Shown here: in pieces, positions 20,601-28,065 of the stretch
How the letters are laid out: each line of letters opens with the position of its first letter
Position numbering within the stretch: position 1 is the stretch's first letter
Virus record (IMG/VR): IMGVR_UViG_3300032315_000979
Coordinates: 44,688-108,687 of that record
Direction: 5' to 3' (one strand)
Length of the DNA: 64,000 bases
From: a virus
Position numbers and translations under genes: made by a program
Notes under the pieces: model-generated
The model's database searches: none
Told to the model about the DNA's origin: nothing
Seen by the model: only the letters and a program-made list of their open reading frames with translations

Positions 20601-22665
20601 ATCTTCTGGCATAGAGCAATACCTTACTGGTTCAACTCGCCGCCCTATTGACACAGGTGCTGGATGGAAACTACAACCTTCATCATGGTCATGGGATGAT
20701 GAAATAAAATTAACACAATTGATGGAGAATGCTTCTGGAAGCGGCTTCGGAATGTCTGCTAAGTTTGGTAGAGGTATTCCTATACCAAATGAATTCTCAG
20801 ATTTGGTAAAAGAAATGTGGATTGCTCATTCCACAGCTGGTTCGCCGCAAATAGATAATCAAGCAATTAGAAATGTTTGGGAAAATTTCTTATCAACTAA
20901 AGATCAATTATTTACTTCTGGAAACAGTTACGATCCAATTGGATTTAATTCATACATGAAAGATAAGCAAAGTGGTTTGTACCGAAAAGGAATATATCAA
21001 TCTGGAAGTCCATTTGATTTAGGCGATCTTGCAAATCTTGGATATCAAAACCCATTAGTTTTTGATAATGCAAATTGGATTGATTCAAGGTCAAGTACTC
21101 CAATAATTATGCCAAGGGTTGGTAGTCAAACAAAATTATATGGTGCTTTATATCAACTAGCAGGTCGTATTATTCCAGAGATACAGATGCAAGCTGCAAA
21201 AACTATGTCACTAGATGCATTGAGTAATAGTTCAATTGCAAATTTAACACCGCAAGCTTTACTTGAAAGTCAAGATTTTGCAAGATATTTAGGTGCAAAA
21301 ATTCCTTCATCAACTGTTTATGAATCAAATCCAGATATTGCAAATATTTTGGCAAATATGACCAATCTAAAAGGGTATAAGACAGGGAATCTCTTCTCTC
21401 TTGAAACACCACTGCATCCAGACGAGTATAACTGGTGGATAAAGTTATTTAAAAATGCAGAAAACAAAAATCTTAATTATGATCTGTTTCTTCCAGATGA
21501 CCCTAGCTTGTCATTAGATTATGGTGGTCTACCATTTGGTCAAGTTGGTCCAGGTGGTCCTTCTACCATGAATCCACAGAGTGTTTTAAAATCTAAAACT
21601 GTCCCTTATATGCAGAGGGGGCAAAATGCTGCTGACTGGTTAAAGTCACTCACCCCAGACATAAAAAATGATCGTATTGCATCTGTACGAGTTAGAAAAA
21701 CATTTTTTGACAAGTTAATTAAATGGTATGAAGCACCTGACGGTGTAAATCCTAACGATACTGGTTACTATTCTGATTATTTTGAAAAATTAACATCAGG
21801 AGGGGGTGCGGCTAAGGTAGAATTTACTGACCTTGTTGATTTGGCAAAGCAATCTAATTCATCATTTCCAACACCTGAATTAAGCTATGCTGGTAGATTT
21901 CCAAGCTCCACTTCTTATTTACAAAATTTGATAGCAGCTAGGAATTTACAATATGCTAGATTTATAAATACCGATACAGTACTTCAGTTTTCAGACAATG
22001 TTTCTGAATTTGCACAAGAAATTGCTGCGCAGTTTGCTACAATAGCCCCTCTTGCCCCAGGAGGCAGTAATTCTTTTAATCCAATAGATGATATATCAGC
22101 TTCTGCTGAACAAAGAACAGCGCTTGAGGCTGCAGAATGGATTACTAGAGGAGGATTCATGTCTCCTTCAGCAATTCTAGAAGAATTTGTCATGGCTCAA
22201 ATGAAAGGTTCAACTCTGGCTTCAGCAATGCAAAGTACAACATCAGATAAATCTTTGTTAGGTGTTAATAAATTTATTAAGAAATACGGAAAAATGAAAA
22301 TTAAAGGCTTTAAGACTGGTGGTTATGTTCCTGGAGCTCCATCAACTGCAATCCCTGCAATCTTGCATGGTGGTGAATATGTAATCAACGCAGATGCTGT
22401 AAGAAACATGGGTGTAAGAACAATGCAAAGCATCAATCAGTCAAAGTTTAAAGCACCTTCTGGAGCTCCATCATACGCAGGCGGTGGACAGACAACCAAT
22501 GTGTCCACAGTCAATATCAATGTAGACACCTTTATTGGGGAAGAAGAATGGTTTAAAGGAATGATGAAGGATTACAATGTTAATGTACTCCCAAGACAAC
22601 AAAAAGCAGCTGGTTTAGAATCAAGAACATTTACAAGTTATAATGGAATACAGGGTGGTTTCTAA
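11635..22665 (+). CDS. tape measure protein, 3676 aa, with a large C-proximal cargo insertion
   Basis: Follows the chaperone pair; helical Ala-rich N-terminal region, hydrophobic segments, coiled coil; two HGGEY modules. Confidence 0.9.
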   Translation: MSDVDLIINVHTNGVKDITNLSAATRALALNLRGITVPMSKLDAHSRAVNKALGMTNRSMNDHAKTAKQMIANQKALSAETKRVQSNIKSYAMAIQSAGGTTTAFGRELIQSRNELKQFSSTLRGLRIRAFGSDLGSISLKLQRIGKDAQFVGRSLMINLTAPILLFARMGFQSLLKVDEQFVRLTKVLEGVAMTTDQANSKLKDYLGPDKEKRVKQMTDSFRELNTALTEQSARFGVAKDLVVSLAVDFAELGVTANENIVALTELALAAEKLGGMDASGAQDLSSALFFNATRAYEVAGAFDDVTTAAERESKAIASATVQLNMFNTIENVTALSLKDLADSLPELGGMALSFGLSMTEAAALLAPMKAAGFDIGASANSIKVSLQRAIVPTKQNVELLAKLSKQYGVTGKSGNAFSESTKTGLTGLQAIVDIFGKVVEGGKNTEAGLKLMSEIFEKRQGPRMYVAIEQLNQFDAALKNVNANQSPERLMAGVAEASIRAFNKLNGTALPETISQFSDIGVIARIATAEVGALVDGFKGKGAGGGITAAEKKGAMEARDAVAKLIKEKKLNEDIDLISQVKTQAGRALLVELAGASGAADVANMELEQSLKSLSVATQRIKIAFKNFAADVLRNVAPSLKKLSDTINSLYLKWQALSDTTRERISKLILGFLGFLAVMAPVILALGTMQSSIGVLGRTATFFLPKLKNFEGGLVGIAGGAKKATTAMTDMYNSFLGKKQPLSMLPSFAPAGGTASSMIGMPTRVGRNITLPGNIAPTPTPLTGLTGAARTSAINANRAARLSHAATGRLGVDQYLRNEASMLSANNMRLNARGRVIGPRGGFVGGNILGKISEASVLREAALADSGISRTMSGGARLATKRGFVDVTEDRALRIARGGIGGAIARRTAALPGLADSFTSATGVTGRGFARGMLPTRGGIATGAGNVRGLASAAFNAGPVAAYTKSVQGAKAAVQAMKIEQMALGGSAGKIRTMSTAMTGFMKATKLGTVALKLMKIALISTGIGAIMLGIGVAVYIIVKNFSAFKDKASNAILRVKNAWAIFKESIGMLIQPFVDLFSIIGGGSKKGGDAVGGLASAFDLVGKVLQKVASWFKMLVENFIQPYLYMIIDIVMFVVSIFQGNWGKAFDYLVAATSGAVKIVIKLIAALLKGMVWITAGGIKLIIGYFTLIPKAVAKVFSFLERIPGVGGIFGWIGDSINFVIDGLYGLVDAGKNAASGAIDAVANAATGLLDKGVSKGISSAEGKISNDTKIKDAAEETGEEAGEIMGNSFGDGFEESDATGKIAKAIEEGIVDAIQKLQDYVAGEMADALTKFVDASVKALEKQKTSALKVFDVQIKTLGKLEKAEESLTKKKEYENNRRKIIDNQALSNEQFRRNYALAVYEGRVDDARMLQLQQSADEKGFSSDLLTIEQERSKDLAKENLDALKEAINEAKDAASLFFEESIAKFQESAALITKVAPVTVEQYTAQLQELQTLTETNATNMNTTFGAMFEIFATTIADKMPNKVIGPFATNLDELVLVAKEKFGLGSDKSENTVIGITIGMLAGMGVQFGEGKQLVIDSFGVITSGLAQNFTDMKTKFLDEVKSDFITNFKKALDEAEPTKVFNQAIIDGNLSILRSFQNMVDLNPALMEKLRKSLDPAINKYLELKAAADAAKDAAGAAADAAAGGGGGGGGGGGTGSQPGPGTPAGGRADAFARNNELRAARNLRALTYQEFIGNYKGFKKGGIIPSRTQNQNQGYPEGFIPAPTQEGVPTLLHGGEYILNAKAVSRIGVGALNKMNNNLIPKFLKGGQVPGGKKGTASNTRGTADRLEQKVTNKTSASPSSLKAPIDLSKIQGVTLKPTTPVSPKIPGIATPGHTYSSSEIKKLTMRPNTYLVPAPSFTSPGTKQAPKEFFQVATRQEALSYAQIKMQNDAKAAQRAEQEKWTTWERFIGQNTVNGVSTIGGPYKQSGIASAIEKFPLAGLLVKDLAVESAKSFGRTFSGSNARQYLNFGSEGPGITGRLLMGAEDILNIISAAQITKPFTEPLRMPLTAVLKKRGLAEASSVWQEATGTSFISQLETMAGGNTFKGLQTQGRILTQLEARTWDEGLFTLDKFIKEQARIKLMQGAAIDTTLASTAASTAGVRGVGSNILSSNPRMLSLNAGKQIKISMGARGVDLSNMIESGVIDSTLASGSGYISNQKFLSELGIINPEYSSYNSTRSRMQTPDGVLKGNINYGYARLADDFATAANYREFHMNIGEAGALYMNETGAWRRNIQGELDKILGGAIINLKPSAAMTYTQGDSYNMFLRSLLTSNNPAQNLPQYLGDIPLVAEYGDKLIADAAGNYTEVQFPSIPFDGSAIESIILSRENLMQYYSPPGTVNQSGWGSQYLSIAGPQEQLVMQRELAKQLAARGIDVKTGLDDLIFNENYTNATRTVKFDPVPLHQIPQDEFDKMLLSITQKLRADQGLPSIPQDVITSDTFNIKSIQDGIKGFIANYRTANSLLSMPTESVSAALNTSIFESAGGRLAGGLNRVRGAFFGPRSGSSVSRLESLDITPDAAFKDSRGLYNAGNIGAYIQKMYSYGFSSTTRSSILEDLVGSADMSLNVARGYTSPAYYASRPFFPETGNVPGVGMARSFIGDPNGISTGIGLTNLQVAAREYILKNIDLAASENANLLSDLLSIIQGDMSGSALDSGSIQDFAYGIRNNSNINTSTFNNMTPSLWIQTRHAMSDISLGQLGWNTPENLSLFDDVYQKYFESYINTANTLSAIGFSEYGDEFPLQGISFTDFSRNFKVSLGKVAEMDPNDMIVQLLQAGDTAGAAFELKARVFRNIASEFDIPGNEITSYDILGGYSDTGRLNLRRTISPAHEKSWFFKLKDNASILDEVGNQIPNGYSLSALVNSRIGNMPTSIFSRDAASVVGRRNNGTYTGVFNEFMSNSMAASGAAPNSSNFYDEINEIRDRLGTFHPLNVSRDVMPLSSGIEQYLTGSTRRPIDTGAGWKLQPSSWSWDDEIKLTQLMENASGSGFGMSAKFGRGIPIPNEFSDLVKEMWIAHSTAGSPQIDNQAIRNVWENFLSTKDQLFTSGNSYDPIGFNSYMKDKQSGLYRKGIYQSGSPFDLGDLANLGYQNPLVFDNANWIDSRSSTPIIMPRVGSQTKLYGALYQLAGRIIPEIQMQAAKTMSLDALSNSSIANLTPQALLESQDFARYLGAKIPSSTVYESNPDIANILANMTNLKGYKTGNLFSLETPLHPDEYNWWIKLFKNAENKNLNYDLFLPDDPSLSLDYGGLPFGQVGPGGPSTMNPQSVLKSKTVPYMQRGQNAADWLKSLTPDIKNDRIASVRVRKTFFDKLIKWYEAPDGVNPNDTGYYSDYFEKLTSGGGAAKVEFTDLVDLAKQSNSSFPTPELSYAGRFPSSTSYLQNLIAARNLQYARFINTDTVLQFSDNVSEFAQEIAAQFATIAPLAPGGSNSFNPIDDISASAEQRTALEAAEWITRGGFMSPSAILEEFVMAQMKGSTLASAMQSTTSDKSLLGVNKFIKKYGKMKIKGFKTGGYVPGAPSTAIPAILHGGEYVINADAVRNMGVRTMQSINQSKFKAPSGAPSYAGGGQTTNVSTVNINVDTFIGEEEWFKGMMKDYNVNVLPRQQKAAGLESRTFTSYNGIQGGF

Positions 22666-23088
22666 ATGGTAGCTACAATACAAAATCAACAATCTGGTAT
22701 CACACATTTGGTAGTTATTAATGGGGAAGAAATTACCGAGCATGGTCGCCTATTCTCAAGCTCAATGGCAACATCTGCGTCAAATGTTGAATTATTGAAC
22801 GGGAATAAAAAGAGGTTTATTAAGAACGCTAAGAATGTATACACCCTTTCTTTTCAATATCTCCCAGACCATCCAGAAAGAACAATTGATGGTCGTAAGG
22901 CAAGAAACTATCTGCTATCAGTTGCCAAAACATCTTCATCTGCAAGTTTATCAATCACCTTAGATCCAGCAGAGCCATCTTATAATACTGTTGTCTATGT
23001 TGATTCATACAGCGAAACACTAGTGAGAAGAGATATTCCCAACCAATGTGCCTACTACAATGTTGAGATTTCTCTTAAAGAGAAATAG
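22666..23088 (+). CDS. distal tail (Dit-like) protein
   Basis: 140 aa directly after TMP; ends YNVEISLKE. Confidence 0.6.
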   Translation: MVATIQNQQSGITHLVVINGEEITEHGRLFSSSMATSASNVELLNGNKKRFIKNAKNVYTLSFQYLPDHPERTIDGRKARNYLLSVAKTSSSASLSITLDPAEPSYNTVVYVDSYSETLVRRDIPNQCAYYNVEISLKEK

Positions 23089-23091
23089 AAG

Positions 23092-24156
23092 ATGTCAGAT
23101 AGTTTTTATTCATTTAGTGAACCACTTAATCGTGGTATAGATTTCTACCAAGCGGATGCTGCGGATGTCACTGTTGATATCAACAGCAGTGTAACACTAA
23201 CAGTATCTTCTTATCAAATTAGACTTGCAAGCATTGCAATTGCTTCAAATTCTGAACTTATATCAAATTCATATAAGATTGCATACGCAGCAGCAAATCT
23301 TGCTGTTGATGGCGCAACTGTTGTTATTGCAACAGAAAGACAAGATGGTGATGTTGTAATTTCAGCAGAAGTTCTTGTTGAAACAAATATTACAAAGATT
23401 GCTTATGCAAGCGCTTCACTCTTCGCTGACTCTAATTCCGTAGCAAGCGGAACAAAGATTTCAATCTCATCTTGCGTCTTAAGCTCCGACTCATCGGTAA
23501 CTGTATCTGTAGGAAAGATTGCCTACAGTGTTTCTCAGATAGACATTCTCTCATCAATGCTTTCAAGCGGAACACGAATTGCTTTTGCTCGTGCAAATCT
23601 ATCGGGTCAGGTAAATCTCACTACCGCTGGCAAGATATTCTTAGCAACAATAAGAATTAATATACTTAACAATCTGGATGTTCGTGCAGAGGCAATTAGG
23701 TTTGGAGCTAACATAACTGCGGATAGCTCACTAATTAGAGCTCTGCTAATACTTGATGGAAAACCACTGACTAATCAAACAAGAACATTTGACTACTCTG
23801 TAACGCCATTATTTGTTGAAAATATAAATTGGGCTGGTGATTCGTCTAGATACTATAAGAATAATGCAGCAAATTCTTCTGGCAAGAGAACATTTAATAT
23901 TAAATGGAGCTTTATTCCAAACTATAGCAACAAGACAGTGGATTATAGAGAGTCAAGAAATTACCTTAAGACAGTAGCTATGGACCCAGATGTTCATACA
24001 TTAACAATTATTAATCAAGACGAGAACGGAGTTACTCCATATACAGAAGAGAATGTTACGGTCTTTGTATCTACTTTCTCTGAAAATCTAATAAGAAGAG
24101 ATCTTGTAGATGATGTATACTATTTTGATTGCTCTATGACGCTAGAGGAGGTGTAG
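23092..24156 (+). CDS. minor tail protein: 20-aa repeats plus Dit-like C-terminal domain
   Basis: KIAYA-type 20-aa periodicity; C-terminus aligns by eye with the previous gene. Confidence 0.65.
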   Translation: MSDSFYSFSEPLNRGIDFYQADAADVTVDINSSVTLTVSSYQIRLASIAIASNSELISNSYKIAYAAANLAVDGATVVIATERQDGDVVISAEVLVETNITKIAYASASLFADSNSVASGTKISISSCVLSSDSSVTVSVGKIAYSVSQIDILSSMLSSGTRIAFARANLSGQVNLTTAGKIFLATIRINILNNLDVRAEAIRFGANITADSSLIRALLILDGKPLTNQTRTFDYSVTPLFVENINWAGDSSRYYKNNAANSSGKRTFNIKWSFIPNYSNKTVDYRESRNYLKTVAMDPDVHTLTIINQDENGVTPYTEENVTVFVSTFSENLIRRDLVDDVYYFDCSMTLEEV

Positions 24157-27100
24157 ATGCTAACATCTGGAATGTATGGAAAAGAGCTGTCTAGCTCTTT
24201 TAACACAGCAATAACATCTCCTGCTCAAAGAATTAAGCCAAAAATTATTATCAAATGGTTGGATAGTAGACATGTTGACAATTTGGTTATTACAACCAAT
24301 GACGCTCCAGCAAGTAATGCCTATCCAGGCAGAGGTTTTTTCTTTCCTGCAAAAGAGGCTATGAACGGGATAAAGAGACAATCCTTTACTTGGGCTGTTG
24401 CTGGTGCAAAAGATATTGATGGTAATGTCATTAGAGCAGATGGTTCATGGTATGCAATGCCATCACTCACATCTTCAGATATTTCAAATACACAGCTCGG
24501 AAGTAATCTTGAATTTGGGTGGTGGTCAAATAGTGTAAGTACAGCAAATGTTCACGCTACATATGATGGGTATCAGTTTGCTACAAATCCTTATGTTGAA
24601 GCTACTTTTACAACAAGAAAAGTTAATAAGGTAAGAATTGTAACATCAGAGTTCTATGGTCAGATTTCAACATACCTACTACAGGTGTTTGACGGTTCGC
24701 TAAATACATTACTAAGCGAAGTTGGAACAATCCCAGCGGGCTCATATTATCAAGACCATATACTATCAACAGCACTCTCGTCACAAAATGTTTCTAGAAT
24801 TAGAGTAACCGTTTACACAACGGTAAATCCACAAGATTATGCTCGCATACAAGAAATTGTTCCTATTTATGAAACAGATATTAGTGATTATGTAATCTCA
24901 TACTCAGTAAATAGAGCAAGAGATGTTCACTCAACAAGCTTACCAGTGGGCGGCTCTGAAATAGCATCAGTTGATCTCAATCTTGATAATACAACCAAAG
25001 TGTTTAACATATTCAGCAATAGCTCAACATATGGTCAATACATGGTTAAAGACCTTGAGGTTGAAATATACACGGGCTGGAGAATTAAGAAACCACCATC
25101 TGACAATATTGATGCATCTTATTTAACTACAACTTTGCAATCTAACATATCCAATGCAGATATGTCCTTCACTGTTTTGGACAGATCAGTGCTTCCTGCT
25201 GGTGGTGCTGGAGATAGCTTTATTGTAGTTTTGGATAAAGATACTCAATCAGAAGAAACGATTCTCTGTGCATCGGTTAATTCATCTAATGTTGTTACCA
25301 TTCTGGAGAGAGGGTATGGCAACACGATTGAAAAATCACACACAGCTGGCTGTGAAGTTCGGTTTGATATTTATGAATATGTAAAAAATGGAACATTCTA
25401 TGTTGATGAATGGTCATCTGGAACAGACATGTCTGTTAGTGCAAACCTTCAAGACTGGGGTAAGTTCTTATCAGAAAGAACAATCAACTACGGCTTCTTT
25501 ATGCAAAATGCTTATGTTGGAGATGCTATTGAGAATCTTTTAATGAGAGCAAACTTCCCAAGTGCAGATATTGTTAAACTAAATAATTATCGTAGGGGTG
25601 CAAAGAGCAGGGGTGCTGTTGCATCATTTTCTTTCAATGAGGAGTCTATTGACAGAAGTGGTAATAATATTGTGTCATCAACAGGTCTTCGTGCTCGTTT
25701 TTGGGCAATGCCAACTAACAAGAGAGACAGTAGCGTAAAAGATATTGTTGCGGATGCAATTGATAAGGAATTGAGCCCGCTAGATAAAGCGCTCGGAGAA
25801 AAGGCATTCTCATCACCGTCATACACCGCATTGTCAAAAAGCATATCTTCATCTTCAGCATACGCAGTTGATTTATCAAACTTTTCATTCACTGCGCTAG
25901 ACTCAGCAGTTTATTCTGAATATTACAATGGTGTATTTGATGGATATTATATATCCCCAGCTTCTGGGCTAGAGCAATTAGTAGTAACAATCTCTTATGG
26001 TGGGGTAAGAATTTATCTTGATGACATCTTGGTTCTTAATAGATTCAATCTAGCAACTGTATCAACAAGGTATGCATCACAGATGATTAACTTTAAAGCT
26101 GGTGTTCCTAGAAAGCTAAGAATTGAATTTTACCATTCCTACAATGACGCTGGGGCTGCGTCATTTGATATATCACTCTATAGAGCACCAGATGGAGGTA
26201 GTGATGTATTAATTAGTGCAAGCCAGTGCTGCACTATCGTTGCTATGGATTCAATAGGTAGCAAAGATGCCTCGTCAAACATTGCTAATGAGGATGCTTT
26301 CAATCATCGCAATAACGGAGTCTATGTCAATTCCCCAGTTCTTAACCAACCATCTGGGCTCACATCTGATCCAGGTGATAAATCTGTTTTACTTCAAAGC
26401 AATTCGTATGTGAGGATTCCATATTGTGCATCAAGTAATTTAACATCTGAATCACAGGATCCTTGGTCAATTGAATTTTTTGGAAAGTTTCATAATGGCT
26501 CTTTCTCTAGTGATGGGGAATATATCAGTAACTGGGGTAATGCAAACCCAACAACTGGTTTTGAATTTTTTAACAACTCGTCATCAAATGGGTTCAAGAT
26601 TAAATGTGTTCTTGCAAATAGTGCAGTCGTAACAGAAACTGTTTCATCAAACACTGCTTTATCAAATTCAGCTTTTTCTCATATTGCGGTAACATATGAT
26701 GGTCTTTATTTGAAGTATTTTGTAAACGGTGATTTAAAGGATACTGAGATTATTGAAGGGACTCCAATTTCTTGGGCATCTAGCGATATTACCATCGGAG
26801 GTAGAGGAGCATCTTTTACATCTGGCGCAGAAGTTTCACCAGCAACTATAAGAAGTCTGTATATTGATGAGTTTGCTATGTATAGAAAATGTCTTACTGA
26901 TGAGCAAGTTGAGGATAGATATGTTGAATCATCAATTCAACCTTTAACAGAGTTTGCTTTTCTATACGGTAATGAGAACTCTATTAGAGAGATAGCAAAT
27001 GATATTTCCTTTGCGGATATGGGTCGTTTCTATATCAATGAATATGATAAAGCAAAGTATGAACACTTCTATAGGTTCTTTGAACCATCAATTGATCAGC

Positions 27101-28065
27101 ATGCAAGTGTTCAGACTTCACTTAGTGATTCTACAAACATAACAAAAGCAGACTATGTTGTTTCACTCCAGTGTAACAAAGTTGTAATTCCTATCTCGTC
27201 TGTTCAAACAATTTCTGGGTCATTACAAAAGCTTTGGTCTCCACCAGATAATGCTTCATTAACAATTACTGAATTAACTGCCAATGTTACATCTTCAGAT
27301 ACATCAATGTATGTACTATCAACAGTGACAACGCAATTTCCACAGACTGGTTATTTAAAGATTAATAATGAAATTATTAAATACCTATCAAAGACAGCAA
27401 CATCTTTTAACAACCTTGAAAGAGGACAGTTCCAAACGGTTGCTGCAAATCATACCACTGGTAATAGAGTAAGAGAAACTAGATATTATGATGTAAAGTT
27501 TGACAAGTCTCCAGCGTACAATGTTAGATCACCATACATTGATGCAATATTGTTTGAATATCCAAGTTTGATAAACATAGATAGATTCCTATCGTATGCC
27601 TACGGAGCGGAATTAATTGTTTCTGCAGCAAGCGGTAATGACATTCATTCGGTAGCCTTCCTTCAGGGAACAAACCCAATAACACAATATCCGTATGCTA
27701 CAAGTATTGTTGGTACAGCTGTCGTTATGTCAGAACAGAATGCTCAGGTAAAAGAACAATCAGCATCAACAAGTGAAAGTATTAGAAAATACGGGGTTAA
27801 AGATTTAACTCTCCAAAGTCCACTCATCACAGACTCAGTGCATGCTCAAAAACTGGCTGATTTTATCATATCAAAAACACAACTTCCAGTACCTGTTATT
27901 AATATTGATATTGCAGCAATGCCCAAGATTCAATTAGGTGATAGAATTAGAATAACAACACTAAGCGCATTGGATATCACCAATAGTGATTTCTGGGTAA
28001 TATCTCACAACCTAACAGTTGGAGATAATGTTACCCAAAGTTTAGTGTTGAGGAAGGTGTCCTAA
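24157..28065 (+). CDS. large tail-tip/hub protein with PA14-like and LamG-like inserts
   Basis: GGVRIYLDDILV...LRIEFY (PA14-like); WSIEFF...SHIAVTYDG..LKYFVNG...IDEFAMY (LamG-like); C-terminal IQLGDRIRI. Confidence 0.75.
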   Translation: MLTSGMYGKELSSSFNTAITSPAQRIKPKIIIKWLDSRHVDNLVITTNDAPASNAYPGRGFFFPAKEAMNGIKRQSFTWAVAGAKDIDGNVIRADGSWYAMPSLTSSDISNTQLGSNLEFGWWSNSVSTANVHATYDGYQFATNPYVEATFTTRKVNKVRIVTSEFYGQISTYLLQVFDGSLNTLLSEVGTIPAGSYYQDHILSTALSSQNVSRIRVTVYTTVNPQDYARIQEIVPIYETDISDYVISYSVNRARDVHSTSLPVGGSEIASVDLNLDNTTKVFNIFSNSSTYGQYMVKDLEVEIYTGWRIKKPPSDNIDASYLTTTLQSNISNADMSFTVLDRSVLPAGGAGDSFIVVLDKDTQSEETILCASVNSSNVVTILERGYGNTIEKSHTAGCEVRFDIYEYVKNGTFYVDEWSSGTDMSVSANLQDWGKFLSERTINYGFFMQNAYVGDAIENLLMRANFPSADIVKLNNYRRGAKSRGAVASFSFNEESIDRSGNNIVSSTGLRARFWAMPTNKRDSSVKDIVADAIDKELSPLDKALGEKAFSSPSYTALSKSISSSSAYAVDLSNFSFTALDSAVYSEYYNGVFDGYYISPASGLEQLVVTISYGGVRIYLDDILVLNRFNLATVSTRYASQMINFKAGVPRKLRIEFYHSYNDAGAASFDISLYRAPDGGSDVLISASQCCTIVAMDSIGSKDASSNIANEDAFNHRNNGVYVNSPVLNQPSGLTSDPGDKSVLLQSNSYVRIPYCASSNLTSESQDPWSIEFFGKFHNGSFSSDGEYISNWGNANPTTGFEFFNNSSSNGFKIKCVLANSAVVTETVSSNTALSNSAFSHIAVTYDGLYLKYFVNGDLKDTEIIEGTPISWASSDITIGGRGASFTSGAEVSPATIRSLYIDEFAMYRKCLTDEQVEDRYVESSIQPLTEFAFLYGNENSIREIANDISFADMGRFYINEYDKAKYEHFYRFFEPSIDQHASVQTSLSDSTNITKADYVVSLQCNKVVIPISSVQTISGSLQKLWSPPDNASLTITELTANVTSSDTSMYVLSTVTTQFPQTGYLKINNEIIKYLSKTATSFNNLERGQFQTVAANHTTGNRVRETRYYDVKFDKSPAYNVRSPYIDAILFEYPSLINIDRFLSYAYGAELIVSAASGNDIHSVAFLQGTNPITQYPYATSIVGTAVVMSEQNAQVKEQSASTSESIRKYGVKDLTLQSPLITDSVHAQKLADFIISKTQLPVPVINIDIAAMPKIQLGDRIRITTLSALDITNSDFWVISHNLTVGDNVTQSLVLRKVS

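Noticed and set aside
17060-22300. TMP insertion as an intein, mobile element or assembly chimera
   Set aside because: No splicing, transposase or endonuclease motifs; the frame stays open for over 5 kb and rejoins a proper TMP C-terminus. A chimera cannot be fully excluded without reads.
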